Below, one piece after another: positions 43,501 to 52,981 of a stretch of 64,000 nt of DNA; the stretch's first letter is position 1; each line of letters begins with the position of its first letter. Position numbers and translations under genes: made by a program. The notes beneath the pieces were generated by a model, which worked only from the letters and a program-made list of their open reading frames with translations, was not told the DNA's origin and made no database searches. The stretch lies in IMG/VR virus record IMGVR_UViG_3300042447_000691; one strand, 5' to 3'. The DNA comes from a virus.

Positions 43501-45376
43501 AGACTATTCAAGTGTAAATCAAAAGGATGATCAAATATCTAGTATAATCGTTTCAGGTAGTAGTGAAGTAACTAAATGGAAATTAAACAATAATCAAATA
43601 TCAGGTTCAACAACAAATGGTGTAAATACAACCCTTATTTCTTTAACCCCTAATAATTTTAGAGTAGAAACGGATAATAATCAAAATATATTTTTTGTTG
43701 ATGGTACAAATAACAGGGTAGGTATATCTACAAACACACCGACAGAAAAATTAACAGTTAGTGGTAATACAAATATTACAGGAACATTAAACATTGGTAC
43801 AATTGGGGCTGGAACACCTTTAATTAATTTAGGGTTGGATTCTAGTGGGAATGTCGTTACAGGTACAACAGGTGGAGGAACTTTTACCGGAGGAACAGTT
43901 AATGGGGCGACAAATTTTACAAATGGATTAACCGCGAATACAATTTCTGCTACCACATATCAAAACCTACCATTAGATATCCGTATAACAGGAGCAACAT
44001 ATTCTAACAACACTTTCACACATAGAAATAACACCGGAGGAACGTACACCGTTTTATTTAACACGGTTACGGGTTTGACGGTAAACGGTCAGTTATCTGT
44101 TACAGGTAATACTTCTTTACGAGGGTTAACTGCAACAACAATATCCGCTACAACATACCAAAATCTACCAACGGATATTCGTATAACAGGTGCTACTTAT
44201 TCTAACAACACTTTTACACATAGAAATAATACAGGTGGCACATACACGGTTTTATTTAATACGGTTACAGGGTTAACAATTAATGGTAATTTAACAGTTA
44301 CTGGTAGTACTAATCTAAAAACATTAACGGCAACAACGACAACAATTAATGGTAACTTAACTGTTACTGGTAGTACTTTTAATTTTGACGGAACTACCTT
44401 AGACCTGAAAAAAAATAGTACAAACCCAAATCTAATTATAAGTGACACGGGCAATACTTTAAACGACCCGTATATTAGGTTTGTTGCTACATCCGCAGGA
44501 ACACCAACATATTCGATGGGTGTTGATAAATCGGCGTCAAACTCATTTAATGTGTCATATAGAACAGACACATCAGCATCACCAAGTAATACGGGTTTAT
44601 ATTTACAATTCACAACAGGGTTTACTCTTAACTTACCTACCATTAGTAATAGCCCTACCCTTGCTTTAGGTCTTAGTGGAATGACATTTATTATTGCTAG
44701 TAATGCGGCACAACTTAAAATATTCGATGGGTCGAGTCGAAATAGAAATATAGAGTTTACTCAATATGCGACATATGGTACTTGGCTTGCTAACAATGGT
44801 GGATCTGCTGGTAGTCAACACTTTATTTTAAATAATGTGACTTCAGGTGAGACATTATTTGGTGGATTACAAAAATCAGATGAAGTATCCATTTTTCACA
44901 GTGGTAGAACGGAAGTAGACGGTGGATTTGGAGTTTTAGTTAGAGGTAATTTAAAGGTAACCGGTACTACAAGTGTTGGTACTGTTATTGGCACGGGAGC
45001 GGCATTAAGTAGAGATGCAACAACCGGTATTTTGGCTGTGGTAGTATCAGATGAAAGATTAAAACAAAACGTTGAGCAAATACCAAATGCATTAAATATA
45101 GTTAATAATTTACGTGGAGTTTACTATAATTGGAAAGATAATGAAGACTTCCAATCAGGTGATAGTTCAAGACAATTTGGTTTTATTGCACAAGAAGTGG
45201 AAACTTATTTACCTGAGGCGGTAATCTTAAGCGGTAGTAAAGATTATAAAACTGTTAAGTATTCTGAAATAACTTCAGTTTTAGTTGAAGCTATTAAAGA
45301 ACAACAACAAATGATAGAAGATCTAAAAGTGGAAATTACAAATTTAAAACTAAGGGTTACTAATTTAGAATCTTAA
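40502..45376 (+). CDS. Long tail fibre/spike with a CBM-like domain, Thr/Gly-rich repeats and a C-terminal intramolecular chaperone (peptidase S74)
   Basis: SDERLKQNV...LRGVYYNW...GFIAQEVE.YLPEAV...VKYSEI..LVEAIKEQQ coiled coil; WQLISIPLWRF..YYFDMIQL resembles a galactose-binding/CBM11-like fold. Confidence 0.88.
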   Translation: MPTYQLLTDRSLAQSSAITPTTLIHIVYTGDPSQNIAGSSYKAELGQLAGLFSGTSDTFVTGGTYSAGTITFINSSGGTFDVTGLTTGDTTTITGATSVGTGVTIFDSVIDRDIKINSITGDTLEKITTTLFSNTIEVGINEQNLDLWSLVVQGNRLISGGVSYVSGLTFETSALEYIIGGTIYDIPLPTTLVLSSGDPVFNRIDVIVADVSGNTSVVGGTPSANPEKPDIDEETQVEVTFVSIPANGTTPDIDLLLLYNENVGPPTEWSFGAVGLQPTRISGSSTDQTYSGLTAIRVSGVTGTFTTSFRLTGSTTVDTNQFATLQFAIRNLSANTTSSQIRLGFRTTGNTQNGNYVYMNAAGSSGYVQYSSTNTSSWQLISIPLWRFYLTNTNVQVLDVSFNSPNARYYFDMIQLVEGLASSPPTNAWTTIKGDGSTTIIAPNPNATLTISGGTNIGSFISGASTVVLNLDNNINLNGVTASTISATTYQNLPSSTFTGGTVSGTTNFTNGLSANTISATTYQNLPTDIRVTGGTYSAGTISFTNNTGGTFNVTGLTTGSTSTVSGNFLPLSGGTVTGGTIFQSGLTATTISATTYLNLPLDIRVTGGTYSAGTTTFTNNTGGTFNVTGFTTGSTSSVSGEYLPLSGGTVSGATNFTNGLTANTMSASTLFVNGVKITGDTYVTGLTFNTLNYNLTLGRNDGVTFTDNLGVLASDNTITGGTYNSLTGVGTFTNNTGGTFDVSGFLVGYTDVEVTGSTYNNNTFTFTNSTGGTFDVLFNTVTGLTSTGLVSSNTISATTYLNLPLDIRVTGGTYSAGTTTFTNNTGGTFNVTGFTTGTTSSVSGDYLPLSGGTVSGSTTFTNGLTANTISATTYLNISVPTLNQVLIEGNQTLGEDIVLNDMDSIINTGNTIGIQFKTGATMYQYATDNIDKTTEISLDKEFITLNATNNDDGYYATIQLDVSNNVMFEIVGDPALNNFSRTTRQLGVINDYVGNSTNTDYSSVNQKDDQISSIIVSGSSEVTKWKLNNNQISGSTTNGVNTTLISLTPNNFRVETDNNQNIFFVDGTNNRVGISTNTPTEKLTVSGNTNITGTLNIGTIGAGTPLINLGLDSSGNVVTGTTGGGTFTGGTVNGATNFTNGLTANTISATTYQNLPLDIRITGATYSNNTFTHRNNTGGTYTVLFNTVTGLTVNGQLSVTGNTSLRGLTATTISATTYQNLPTDIRITGATYSNNTFTHRNNTGGTYTVLFNTVTGLTINGNLTVTGSTNLKTLTATTTTINGNLTVTGSTFNFDGTTLDLKKNSTNPNLIISDTGNTLNDPYIRFVATSAGTPTYSMGVDKSASNSFNVSYRTDTSASPSNTGLYLQFTTGFTLNLPTISNSPTLALGLSGMTFIIASNAAQLKIFDGSSRNRNIEFTQYATYGTWLANNGGSAGSQHFILNNVTSGETLFGGLQKSDEVSIFHSGRTEVDGGFGVLVRGNLKVTGTTSVGTVIGTGAALSRDATTGILAVVVSDERLKQNVEQIPNALNIVNNLRGVYYNWKDNEDFQSGDSSRQFGFIAQEVETYLPEAVILSGSKDYKTVKYSEITSVLVEAIKEQQQMIEDLKVEITNLKLRVTNLES
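41945..44290 (+). repeat. Intragenic repeats in the tail fibre: seven TISATTY[QL]N units; long pairs at 42281/42893 (612-nt period) and 43940/44138 (198-nt period)
   Basis: Direct comparison of the protein and DNA sequence. Confidence 0.9.
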
Positions 45377-45416
45377 ATTTTGTTTACAAAAGACCATAAG
45401 AGACTATTTTTAGTCT

Positions 45417-46616
45417 ATGAAAATTTTTGTACAAATAGCGTCATACAGAGATCCCGAACTATTACCAACCATTAGAGATTGTATTAATAAAGCAAAATAC
45501 CCCGAAAATATAACATTTGGAATTTGTTGGCAACATGATGATACCGAATCAATGGAGGAATTTGCAAATGACCCAAGATTTAAAATATTAGATTACCATT
45601 GGAGTTGGAGTAAAGGTCTTTGTTGGGCTCGTAGTGAAATTCAAAAACTATGGGATGGTGAAGAATACACTATGCAATTAGATTCACATATGCGTTTTGA
45701 AAAACAATGGGATGTAGAATTGATTGAAATGATGAATATGGTTGACTCAGAAAAACCAATAATTTCTTCATACCCTGGTATGTATAGACCAAGTGATAAT
45801 CAATTACTAAATGTTGAACCATATAAAATGGTTGCGAATAATTTCACACCAAGCGGAACTATAATGTTTTTTCCAACCCCAATCGAGAATTGGCAAGATT
45901 TAAAAAAACCGATTAGGTCTAGATTTGTTGCGGGTGGTTATTTTTTTACAATAGGAAAACACTGTGAAGAATATAAGTATGATCCTAATTTATACTTTGC
46001 TGGCGATGAGATTAGTTTAGCAATTAGATCATACACTTTAGGTTATGATTTTTTTCACCCACATAAAACAATTATTTGGCACGAATATACAAGAGAGGGT
46101 AAAACAAAACATTGGACCGATTTTAATGAAGATAACAAAAAATCTGGTGTTGTTGAAAAACAATGGTCAGAAATGGACAACGAGGCAAAAAAAAGACTCA
46201 GACATATGTTACAAGAAGAGGATAACAATATTGATTTAGGTGAATATGGTTTAGGAAGTGTAAGAACACATAAAGAGTATGAAGATTATGCTGGAATAAA
46301 CTTTAAATATAAAAAACTACACCCGAAAACATTAAAAGGTATTGAGCCCCCCATTAATGATTACAGCGAGTGGTACCTAAAAGACGAAAAAGAATATGAA
46401 TATGAATTTGACATTCCATACACGGAAGACTTTAAATTCATTTACATCGCTATTGAAAATGAAAATGGTGACGTGTTATATAGAAAAGATTTATTAGAAT
46501 ACCAAGAAAAATTAAAAATACAATTTAAAACCTTAGAGATACCATACAAATGGGTTTATTGGGTTTACAATAATACAGATAATTGGATAAATAGAAAAGA
46601 TTTCATAATCAATTGA
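45417..46616 (+). CDS. Glycosyltransferase, GT60 / Pfam GlcNAc-like (polypeptide or Skp1 GlcNAc-transferase-like, GT-A fold)
   Basis: IFVQIASYRD, GICWQ, GLCWARS, MQLDSHMRF (DxH), YFAGDEISLAIRSYTLGYDFFHP, WHEY. Confidence 0.85.
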   Translation: MKIFVQIASYRDPELLPTIRDCINKAKYPENITFGICWQHDDTESMEEFANDPRFKILDYHWSWSKGLCWARSEIQKLWDGEEYTMQLDSHMRFEKQWDVELIEMMNMVDSEKPIISSYPGMYRPSDNQLLNVEPYKMVANNFTPSGTIMFFPTPIENWQDLKKPIRSRFVAGGYFFTIGKHCEEYKYDPNLYFAGDEISLAIRSYTLGYDFFHPHKTIIWHEYTREGKTKHWTDFNEDNKKSGVVEKQWSEMDNEAKKRLRHMLQEEDNNIDLGEYGLGSVRTHKEYEDYAGINFKYKKLHPKTLKGIEPPINDYSEWYLKDEKEYEYEFDIPYTEDFKFIYIAIENENGDVLYRKDLLEYQEKLKIQFKTLEIPYKWVYWVYNNTDNWINRKDFIIN

Positions 46617-46673
46617 TAAAAACAATTAATAAAATGAAATTCCTGTTATTTATATAAAAAACTTAAAAATTGA

Positions 46674-48284
46674 ATGGCTGACATAATATTAAGTAGTTGT
46701 TGTTACAATCAAATATCATATAGTGCAACGAGTTGGCTTGGGTTACAAACTTTAGGTACTGTTTTTAATGTGACCGGAGATACGGTTATAGTTGAAGGGT
46801 GCTATACTGTTGTTACCGCAACAACACCAACAATAGTAACAACATCGTTAGTTGGTACCGCAACTGTGGTTACAGGGTGTACCGATCCGTCATGTTATTC
46901 GTGTTGTGACGACACTATATGTATCGAACTATTGGGTAGTACGTATTCGGCAATAACCGGAACATACCAAATTGACGGTAGTTATAATGGTCATATATAT
47001 TTTACAGGAGGAACAAATCCTGGATACGTTTATTTTGACACAACAAAATGGTGCTTAAGTTCATCTTTAGGTGGTGTTTGTGAGTTTTACGGATCAAGCC
47101 CAACGACAAGTGAATGTCCTGATTTTGCTCCAAGCATTCAATCTTCAGGTATTTGTCCAACTCCGACACCCACACCAACAGACCCTTGTTCTATTTTAGA
47201 TTTTGATATTTTATTGGAGTGTGATATACCAACCCCAACTCCGACCCCTACGCCAACTCCAACACCTACACCTACACCCACACCAACCCCTACGGTTGAC
47301 CCTTGTTCTGGGTTTAGTGCTAATTTATCATACAGTGAGGTTACACCGACCCCTACACCAACTCCGACTCCTACACCAACACCGACACCGACAGGAATAC
47401 CTGTTACGGGAGAAAGTGTTACATTTGTTGTTGATCAGGGTTATTTTGTTTGTCCTACCGTTAAGAAATTAGTCGACTGTCAGACGACCGATATATATTA
47501 CGTATCTGACAATTTATTATTTAGTGGATCACAAATAACCACAGGAACGACGTTTGTTGTTACGTTAAGTGATTTTAATTCTGACCAAATACAGTGTGTT
47601 ACATACACCGAAAATGTTGGAGGATCACCAAATAGGGTTGTGGTTGAAATAATAGAGTTGATATCAGGTTGTACTGGATGTAATTTACCGACACCAACCC
47701 CTACACCAACACCAACCCCTACACCAACACCAACGGCAACCCCCACACCAACATCATATCCAGTCAACACTTCTTTTGTGTTCACGTCGTGTACAAACAA
47801 TAGTATGATAATACAAGTAGCATACCCACCATCAAATGTGGTGGTTGACGATATACTAAAAACTACTGGTGGAACTTGTTATCGATATATTGGTAATTTT
47901 GTTGGTTATGCACCACCAAGTGGATTTATAATTGCAAACACAAATATATTTACATCATCAGCACAGACGGTTTACGATTCTTGTGTTGAGTGTAATACGC
48001 CTGTAATAACAGGAACCACATATAAAACGTGGGAAGCTAAAGGGGAATATTCTGTTTCTTGCCCTGTCTGTCAATTAACTAACTTCGGGGCAGCAATCAC
48101 ATTCTACACTTCATCTGCCAACACAATAATGCAAACGGGAGTTTATATTTATAAAGATATTAATTTAACAAAACCAGTAACTATTGATTATGTACAATAC
48201 GGAACTAAAATCTATAGGGTAGATACATATGGTATGGTAACAGAATATTGTACATTAAACGGAAATTGTAAAAAAATAACATAA
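46674..48284 (+). CDS. Cys-rich virion/fibre protein with four Pro-Thr tracts
   Basis: Many Cys pairs and PT runs; no catalytic motif seen; TATTTAT upstream. Confidence 0.7.
   Translation: MADIILSSCCYNQISYSATSWLGLQTLGTVFNVTGDTVIVEGCYTVVTATTPTIVTTSLVGTATVVTGCTDPSCYSCCDDTICIELLGSTYSAITGTYQIDGSYNGHIYFTGGTNPGYVYFDTTKWCLSSSLGGVCEFYGSSPTTSECPDFAPSIQSSGICPTPTPTPTDPCSILDFDILLECDIPTPTPTPTPTPTPTPTPTPTPTVDPCSGFSANLSYSEVTPTPTPTPTPTPTPTPTGIPVTGESVTFVVDQGYFVCPTVKKLVDCQTTDIYYVSDNLLFSGSQITTGTTFVVTLSDFNSDQIQCVTYTENVGGSPNRVVVEIIELISGCTGCNLPTPTPTPTPTPTPTPTATPTPTSYPVNTSFVFTSCTNNSMIIQVAYPPSNVVVDDILKTTGGTCYRYIGNFVGYAPPSGFIIANTNIFTSSAQTVYDSCVECNTPVITGTTYKTWEAKGEYSVSCPVCQLTNFGAAITFYTSSANTIMQTGVYIYKDINLTKPVTIDYVQYGTKIYRVDTYGMVTEYCTLNGNCKKIT
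47157..47753 (+). repeat. Four (Pro-Thr)n coding tracts (starting near 47157, 47229, 47343 and 47688)
   Basis: Degenerate CCN-ACN hexamer runs of about 4 to 11 units. Confidence 0.95.
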
Positions 48285-48299
48285 AATATTTATTAAATT

Positions 48300-48584
48300 A
48301 TGTCATATCAGATAACAATAAACTCAATAACTAGCGGAACGTCACCATACGATGTATGGATATGTAATAGTTGTTCAGGTACATGTGTTTATGTTGCAAC
48401 AACAAATACGGTACCATACACCTTTACGTTACCCACAGTATACGAAACATATCCAACATATGTTGTAAAAATTATTGATAATAATAATTGTGTTTTTTGT
48501 GAGGTTGCATCGACAACATATAAACAATTTGAAGACGGGGAATATTTTGAATTCCAAGACGGAGAAGAATACCAATTTGAATAA
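48300..48584 (+). CDS. Small Cys-containing protein (paralogue family A)
   Basis: GTSPYDVWIC...KIIDNNNC; tail KQFEDGEYFEFQDGEEYQFE resembles the tail of 40193. Confidence 0.7.
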   Translation: MSYQITINSITSGTSPYDVWICNSCSGTCVYVATTNTVPYTFTLPTVYETYPTYVVKIIDNNNCVFCEVASTTYKQFEDGEYFEFQDGEEYQFE

Positions 48585-48603
48585 TATTTAAAAAAATATA
48601 AAA

Positions 48604-49125
48604 ATGGCAAGATTAACAGATAAAACATTCGCCCAATCAACGGCAATTACACCAACAACCCTTATACATATTGTGTATACGGGAGATCCGTCACAGAATC
48701 CGGCTGGATCATCATATAAAGTAGAGTTAAATCAAATTGCACCAACTATTGGTGGATATCAATATTATAGTGAAATTACGGTATCTGATTCTGAAATTCT
48801 CACTTTAAATAGTTTACCCGTTAATATCCTACCAGCACCAGGATCTAATAAATATTATGATTTTAAGGTATATTTTGAATATGTGTACGGAACATCAAGT
48901 TACTCAGCAAATCCAATTTTTCTTATTGATAATGCATCAAATACTGTTACCAAACAGTTCGACATACAGGGAACGGCAGATGTGATAATGGTGAGTTCTA
49001 TGGATATATTGAATTATATGCCAGTTAACTCTAATTTACGATTGGCCGATCTTGTATCTAACCCAACTGCAGGTGATGGAACTATGAAAATAAAAATATA
49101 CTATAATATAGTTGATTTTGGATAA
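48604..49125 (+). CDS. Short fibre-like protein sharing its N-terminal anchor with the 40502 tail fibre
   Basis: 33/39 identical residues to 40520-40636. Confidence 0.75.
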   Translation: MARLTDKTFAQSTAITPTTLIHIVYTGDPSQNPAGSSYKVELNQIAPTIGGYQYYSEITVSDSEILTLNSLPVNILPAPGSNKYYDFKVYFEYVYGTSSYSANPIFLIDNASNTVTKQFDIQGTADVIMVSSMDILNYMPVNSNLRLADLVSNPTAGDGTMKIKIYYNIVDFG

Positions 49126-49128
49126 AAT

Positions 49129-50763
49129 ATGGCAGATTTAAGTGGAAATAGTTGTAATATAATAACACTCTTACCTTTAGGTATAGATTGTGATACCATA
49201 AATGCGTCAACACCTGACTCATCAAATGGTTATATGGCCATTTTAATAACAGGTGGGACACCACCTTATAATGTATCTTGGAGTAACGGAGCACAAGGTA
49301 CTTACATAACCAATTTAATTCCTGGTAATTACACGGCAACAGTTGTTGATTATTATGGTGATTTTAGTGCGACAACAACATGTGAGGTCGGATATGAAAG
49401 TTTTTATTTAGAAAAATTTGAAAAATGTGTATTAATATCCGCAGTAACACCACAATACATATATTATATCGCATCAACACCATCATTGTTTACCCCTAAT
49501 AAAGTGTACAAATTAACAACACAAACGGGATGTTGGACAAGTTTAGGTTTGGAGTTAAATACGGGTCAAACGTATAGTAATTCAGTTGCCGTTAAATCTT
49601 CAGGACCATATAACTCATGTTTTGCTTGTATCGCAAATATACCTGCACCACAACCATATTCCGGACCACTTTGTTTAACAAGATACATACAACCGACAGC
49701 CAGTCTGACGACGTTCTATAGTGGTGATACTATAAATAATTACCCTTCTTGGACAAGTAGTACACAAACAATCTATTACGATAACACAAATACAAGATGG
49801 ACTGTTAGTGGTTGGACAACACCTAACGTACCATACTTACAAAATCCTAATATACCACCTGTTGGGTCTTGGACACTACCAGGGTCATTCATATCTAACG
49901 TTATTGTTGCTACGGGAGTTTGTACGACATCACCTTTACAGATAACAGTTCAAACACAAAATCCGGCATGTTCAACAAGTTTAGGATCGGCAACTATTAA
50001 TGTAGTTGGAGGAACACCACCTTACATATATTCGTTAGACAATATTAATTTCACATCAACTAACCTTTTAACGGGTCTGGCTGCAGGACCAAAAACTGTG
50101 TATGTTAAAGATTCTTCACCATTACAAAATGTAGGGAATCAAGGGTTTTCAATAATCCCAGTTCAAAATTACACGAACTATCAGATAAATGTTAACTTTA
50201 CCACTCCAGGACTACAATCAACCACCACAACGAATCAAACCGCCAATTCCACCACATTATCACAAGACACTAATTTCAATATAAGTCTAACACCAAACAC
50301 CCCGTTTAATCAACCTTCAACAGTTAAGTTTGATTTAATTTTTAATGTTGCTACTACCGCATATACAAATTCCACGGACGCTCCGATAATTGCAAACACG
50401 ATAAATGCGAGTGGAAGTGTTGGATCAACTTTACCTGGCGGTATATCATCAATACCTGTTACACAAACAGTAAGTAGACCGTTGTGTATTGCCGGTGACA
50501 TAATTACAACAACATATACGATCTCATACTTAAATTGTTTATTGACGGACACAACATCAAATATTACAGGAACGATAAACCAATATATAAGTGAAATATG
50601 CGCAACTAGTAATTTTTGTATATTAAAGGCGTATTCCGATGTTACATTAACCGTTAAAAAAATATCATTAACCCCGTTAAATTGTCAGGGTATTGATTCG
50701 ACAATAATTAATAGAACCGCAAGTGCGGTAAAATTTGGACCAATTTGTCCGTTACTTTCTTAA
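49129..50763 (+). CDS. SprB-repeat-containing Cys-rich virion protein
   Basis: ITGGTPPYNVSWSNG....NLIPGNYTATVVD and VGGTPPYIYSLDN....TGLAAG..TVYVKD. Confidence 0.7.
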   Translation: MADLSGNSCNIITLLPLGIDCDTINASTPDSSNGYMAILITGGTPPYNVSWSNGAQGTYITNLIPGNYTATVVDYYGDFSATTTCEVGYESFYLEKFEKCVLISAVTPQYIYYIASTPSLFTPNKVYKLTTQTGCWTSLGLELNTGQTYSNSVAVKSSGPYNSCFACIANIPAPQPYSGPLCLTRYIQPTASLTTFYSGDTINNYPSWTSSTQTIYYDNTNTRWTVSGWTTPNVPYLQNPNIPPVGSWTLPGSFISNVIVATGVCTTSPLQITVQTQNPACSTSLGSATINVVGGTPPYIYSLDNINFTSTNLLTGLAAGPKTVYVKDSSPLQNVGNQGFSIIPVQNYTNYQINVNFTTPGLQSTTTTNQTANSTTLSQDTNFNISLTPNTPFNQPSTVKFDLIFNVATTAYTNSTDAPIIANTINASGSVGSTLPGGISSIPVTQTVSRPLCIAGDIITTTYTISYLNCLLTDTTSNITGTINQYISEICATSNFCILKAYSDVTLTVKKISLTPLNCQGIDSTIINRTASAVKFGPICPLLS

Positions 50764-50783
50764 ACCATGAATATTTATAAAAT

Positions 50784-52976
50784 ATGTCTTACATAATTAA
50801 AAATACCTCAGCACTCATTAATACACAATTAACCGATGCTGCAAGAAAAAGGTTATCGCAAGGTAAATTCGATATCGCGTATTTCCAAGTTGGAGATAGT
50901 GAGGTTTGTTATAACTGTGTTAATGGAATGAATTTGGTTGAGTCCAACGTTCTAAGTCCTCAGTATAACTCTCAAAATACGGCACCGATTCCTGACAGAA
51001 ATAGAATGAACATCAAATATCCACTTTTTGTGGACTCAACATCTGGTAGTACTTTTGGTATTCCGTATGATGATTCTTATATTGATGATGTTTTTAATAG
51101 TGCGGCACCAAGGGGATTCTTTACTGGTAGTACGGTATTCACTTCTTCGGCATACACTTTAAATCCTAACTTTATAATTGATAATACGACCTTATCATCA
51201 GGAACTACAATAACGCTGTCTTCATCTTCTGTTAATTTAACCGTATCTGGTACCGTAAGTGAGGGTGACTTTATCACTATATTTACAAACGGAAACATAT
51301 CACCAATATCAGGTAACTCACCTATGTTTACCTATAAGATAGTTGGAATAACCGGAGACACCTCAACAGCAACGACGGTAACAATACAAGTCGATAGGCA
51401 GGTGCCTGATTTTAGTAATATGGGTATTACGGGTAATTCGTCTTGTTTATTTTATCCGCAAAAAATGACGGATTTATACGATACGTTCACACCACAACCA
51501 TATTGGGCAACTGACGTGTTTAATTTTGAAACAAATTGTGACGTATCACAACGTAACGTGGCGATATGGAATATGAATTCACCTTGGACCGAATCACCGG
51601 CTGGTGTTTTTAACAACTTAAATCAAGATTATAACTTATATGAGTCAACAGGGTATACAGGATCTAAAGAGTATTTTGGATATAACCTAAATGGTGGTCA
51701 AACTGATACCGACTCAACATATTATTACAACTCACTATCCGATAAGATTACTGTTAATCCTATTGATCAAAAAGCGATTGGAATCGTACACTACACAAAT
51801 CAGGCGATAGATAATTTTTATGGTGAAAAATTTGCCTTTCAAGAATACGATCCGACAAATCCCGGAAATACAGGACAAGCAAGAAACTTCAAAATCAACC
51901 TTCCTTGGTTGATGTGGCACAAAAATCAAAATGCGACCATAGGTGAGGAGTTCTATGTTGACCCATCAGGATTTACTTCATTAAACCTTTTTGAACCACA
52001 TTATATGGAATCAACTAGGGATTTAAACTTTAACGCACCTGGTCTTAGATATTACCATTTGTGGGATACACATGCAAACACTAACGGAATTCCAAATAGA
52101 GTAGGTAAGGTATATCCTGACCAAAAAATGGTTATATTTGATGATGATGAGATTGTTGCAACACTAAACAACAAATCTAATAGGTCGTGGACTTTACCGG
52201 CACCACAATTAGGTCTGATTTTACCAAACACCTTATGTGGTGGTGATGGTGGAACAACCGGATTATTATCGGGTAATAGTGAAAGTCTTTTCGTTACTTA
52301 TAGATTTAACAATAGTGCCTTTACCAATTCGTTACATTGTAATTACTACTCAAGAATAAGTGGTTACGATCAAACAATGGTACAAGGATCTACAGACGTA
52401 TTAGTTAGGTTTGGAAACGAATTTCCATTTTTAAGTCCTCAAGTGGGGACCTCACTAAGTGGGTTTAGTGCAAATAACATAAAAATATTAGCACAAAAGG
52501 TTAGTAGTGGAACAACAAGACCTAACCCTATTGCATGGAAAGAAATAGATATTTCCTCACAATTATCGGCAACGACAGTTGGTGGGTATTTAACGTCAAC
52601 AGGATTAACTGCAACCACAATACAATTAACTGAGACAATGTATAATTCTGCGCCTACATATAGATTGGACAATTACATTAATTTACCATCATTAAATCAA
52701 ACAGGAACTACGTTTAATTTTGGTGGAGAGTTTTATTTTTATGGAACGATACAAACAGACATTCAAGCAACAATATACGTTATGAACTATCTTTGTAATT
52801 TAGGACAAACACAGTTCTTCGACTCATCGAACCCTACTTGGAGTAAAACTAAGACGCCACACGTCACGGAAGTTGCTCTTTACAACGCGGATAAAGAACT
52901 TATGGTTATTTCTAAGATACAATCACCCGAAAAAAGACAGGGAATACAACAGTATCCTATTAAATTAGATTTTTAA
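50784..52976 (+). CDS. Putative baseplate / fibre-attachment structural protein
   Basis: N-terminal LTDAARKRL..G.FDIAYFQVGDSE and C-terminal VTEVALYN...ELMVISK, a split fold reminiscent of tail-fibre/baseplate attachment domains. Confidence 0.45.
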   Translation: MSYIIKNTSALINTQLTDAARKRLSQGKFDIAYFQVGDSEVCYNCVNGMNLVESNVLSPQYNSQNTAPIPDRNRMNIKYPLFVDSTSGSTFGIPYDDSYIDDVFNSAAPRGFFTGSTVFTSSAYTLNPNFIIDNTTLSSGTTITLSSSSVNLTVSGTVSEGDFITIFTNGNISPISGNSPMFTYKIVGITGDTSTATTVTIQVDRQVPDFSNMGITGNSSCLFYPQKMTDLYDTFTPQPYWATDVFNFETNCDVSQRNVAIWNMNSPWTESPAGVFNNLNQDYNLYESTGYTGSKEYFGYNLNGGQTDTDSTYYYNSLSDKITVNPIDQKAIGIVHYTNQAIDNFYGEKFAFQEYDPTNPGNTGQARNFKINLPWLMWHKNQNATIGEEFYVDPSGFTSLNLFEPHYMESTRDLNFNAPGLRYYHLWDTHANTNGIPNRVGKVYPDQKMVIFDDDEIVATLNNKSNRSWTLPAPQLGLILPNTLCGGDGGTTGLLSGNSESLFVTYRFNNSAFTNSLHCNYYSRISGYDQTMVQGSTDVLVRFGNEFPFLSPQVGTSLSGFSANNIKILAQKVSSGTTRPNPIAWKEIDISSQLSATTVGGYLTSTGLTATTIQLTETMYNSAPTYRLDNYINLPSLNQTGTTFNFGGEFYFYGTIQTDIQATIYVMNYLCNLGQTQFFDSSNPTWSKTKTPHVTEVALYNADKELMVISKIQSPEKRQGIQQYPIKLDF

Positions 52977-52981
52977 TTTTT

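Noticed and set aside
42281-44290. Diversity-generating retroelement (template/variable repeat pair) in the tail fibre
   Set aside because: The repeats are in frame inside one gene, their differences are mostly synonymous and not adenine-specific, and no reverse transcriptase is present in the window.
40693-44669. Numerous minus-strand Val/Pro-rich ORFs opposite the tail fibre
   Set aside because: Antisense shadows of Thr/Gly codon repeats; the same applies to the other minus-strand ORFs in the track.
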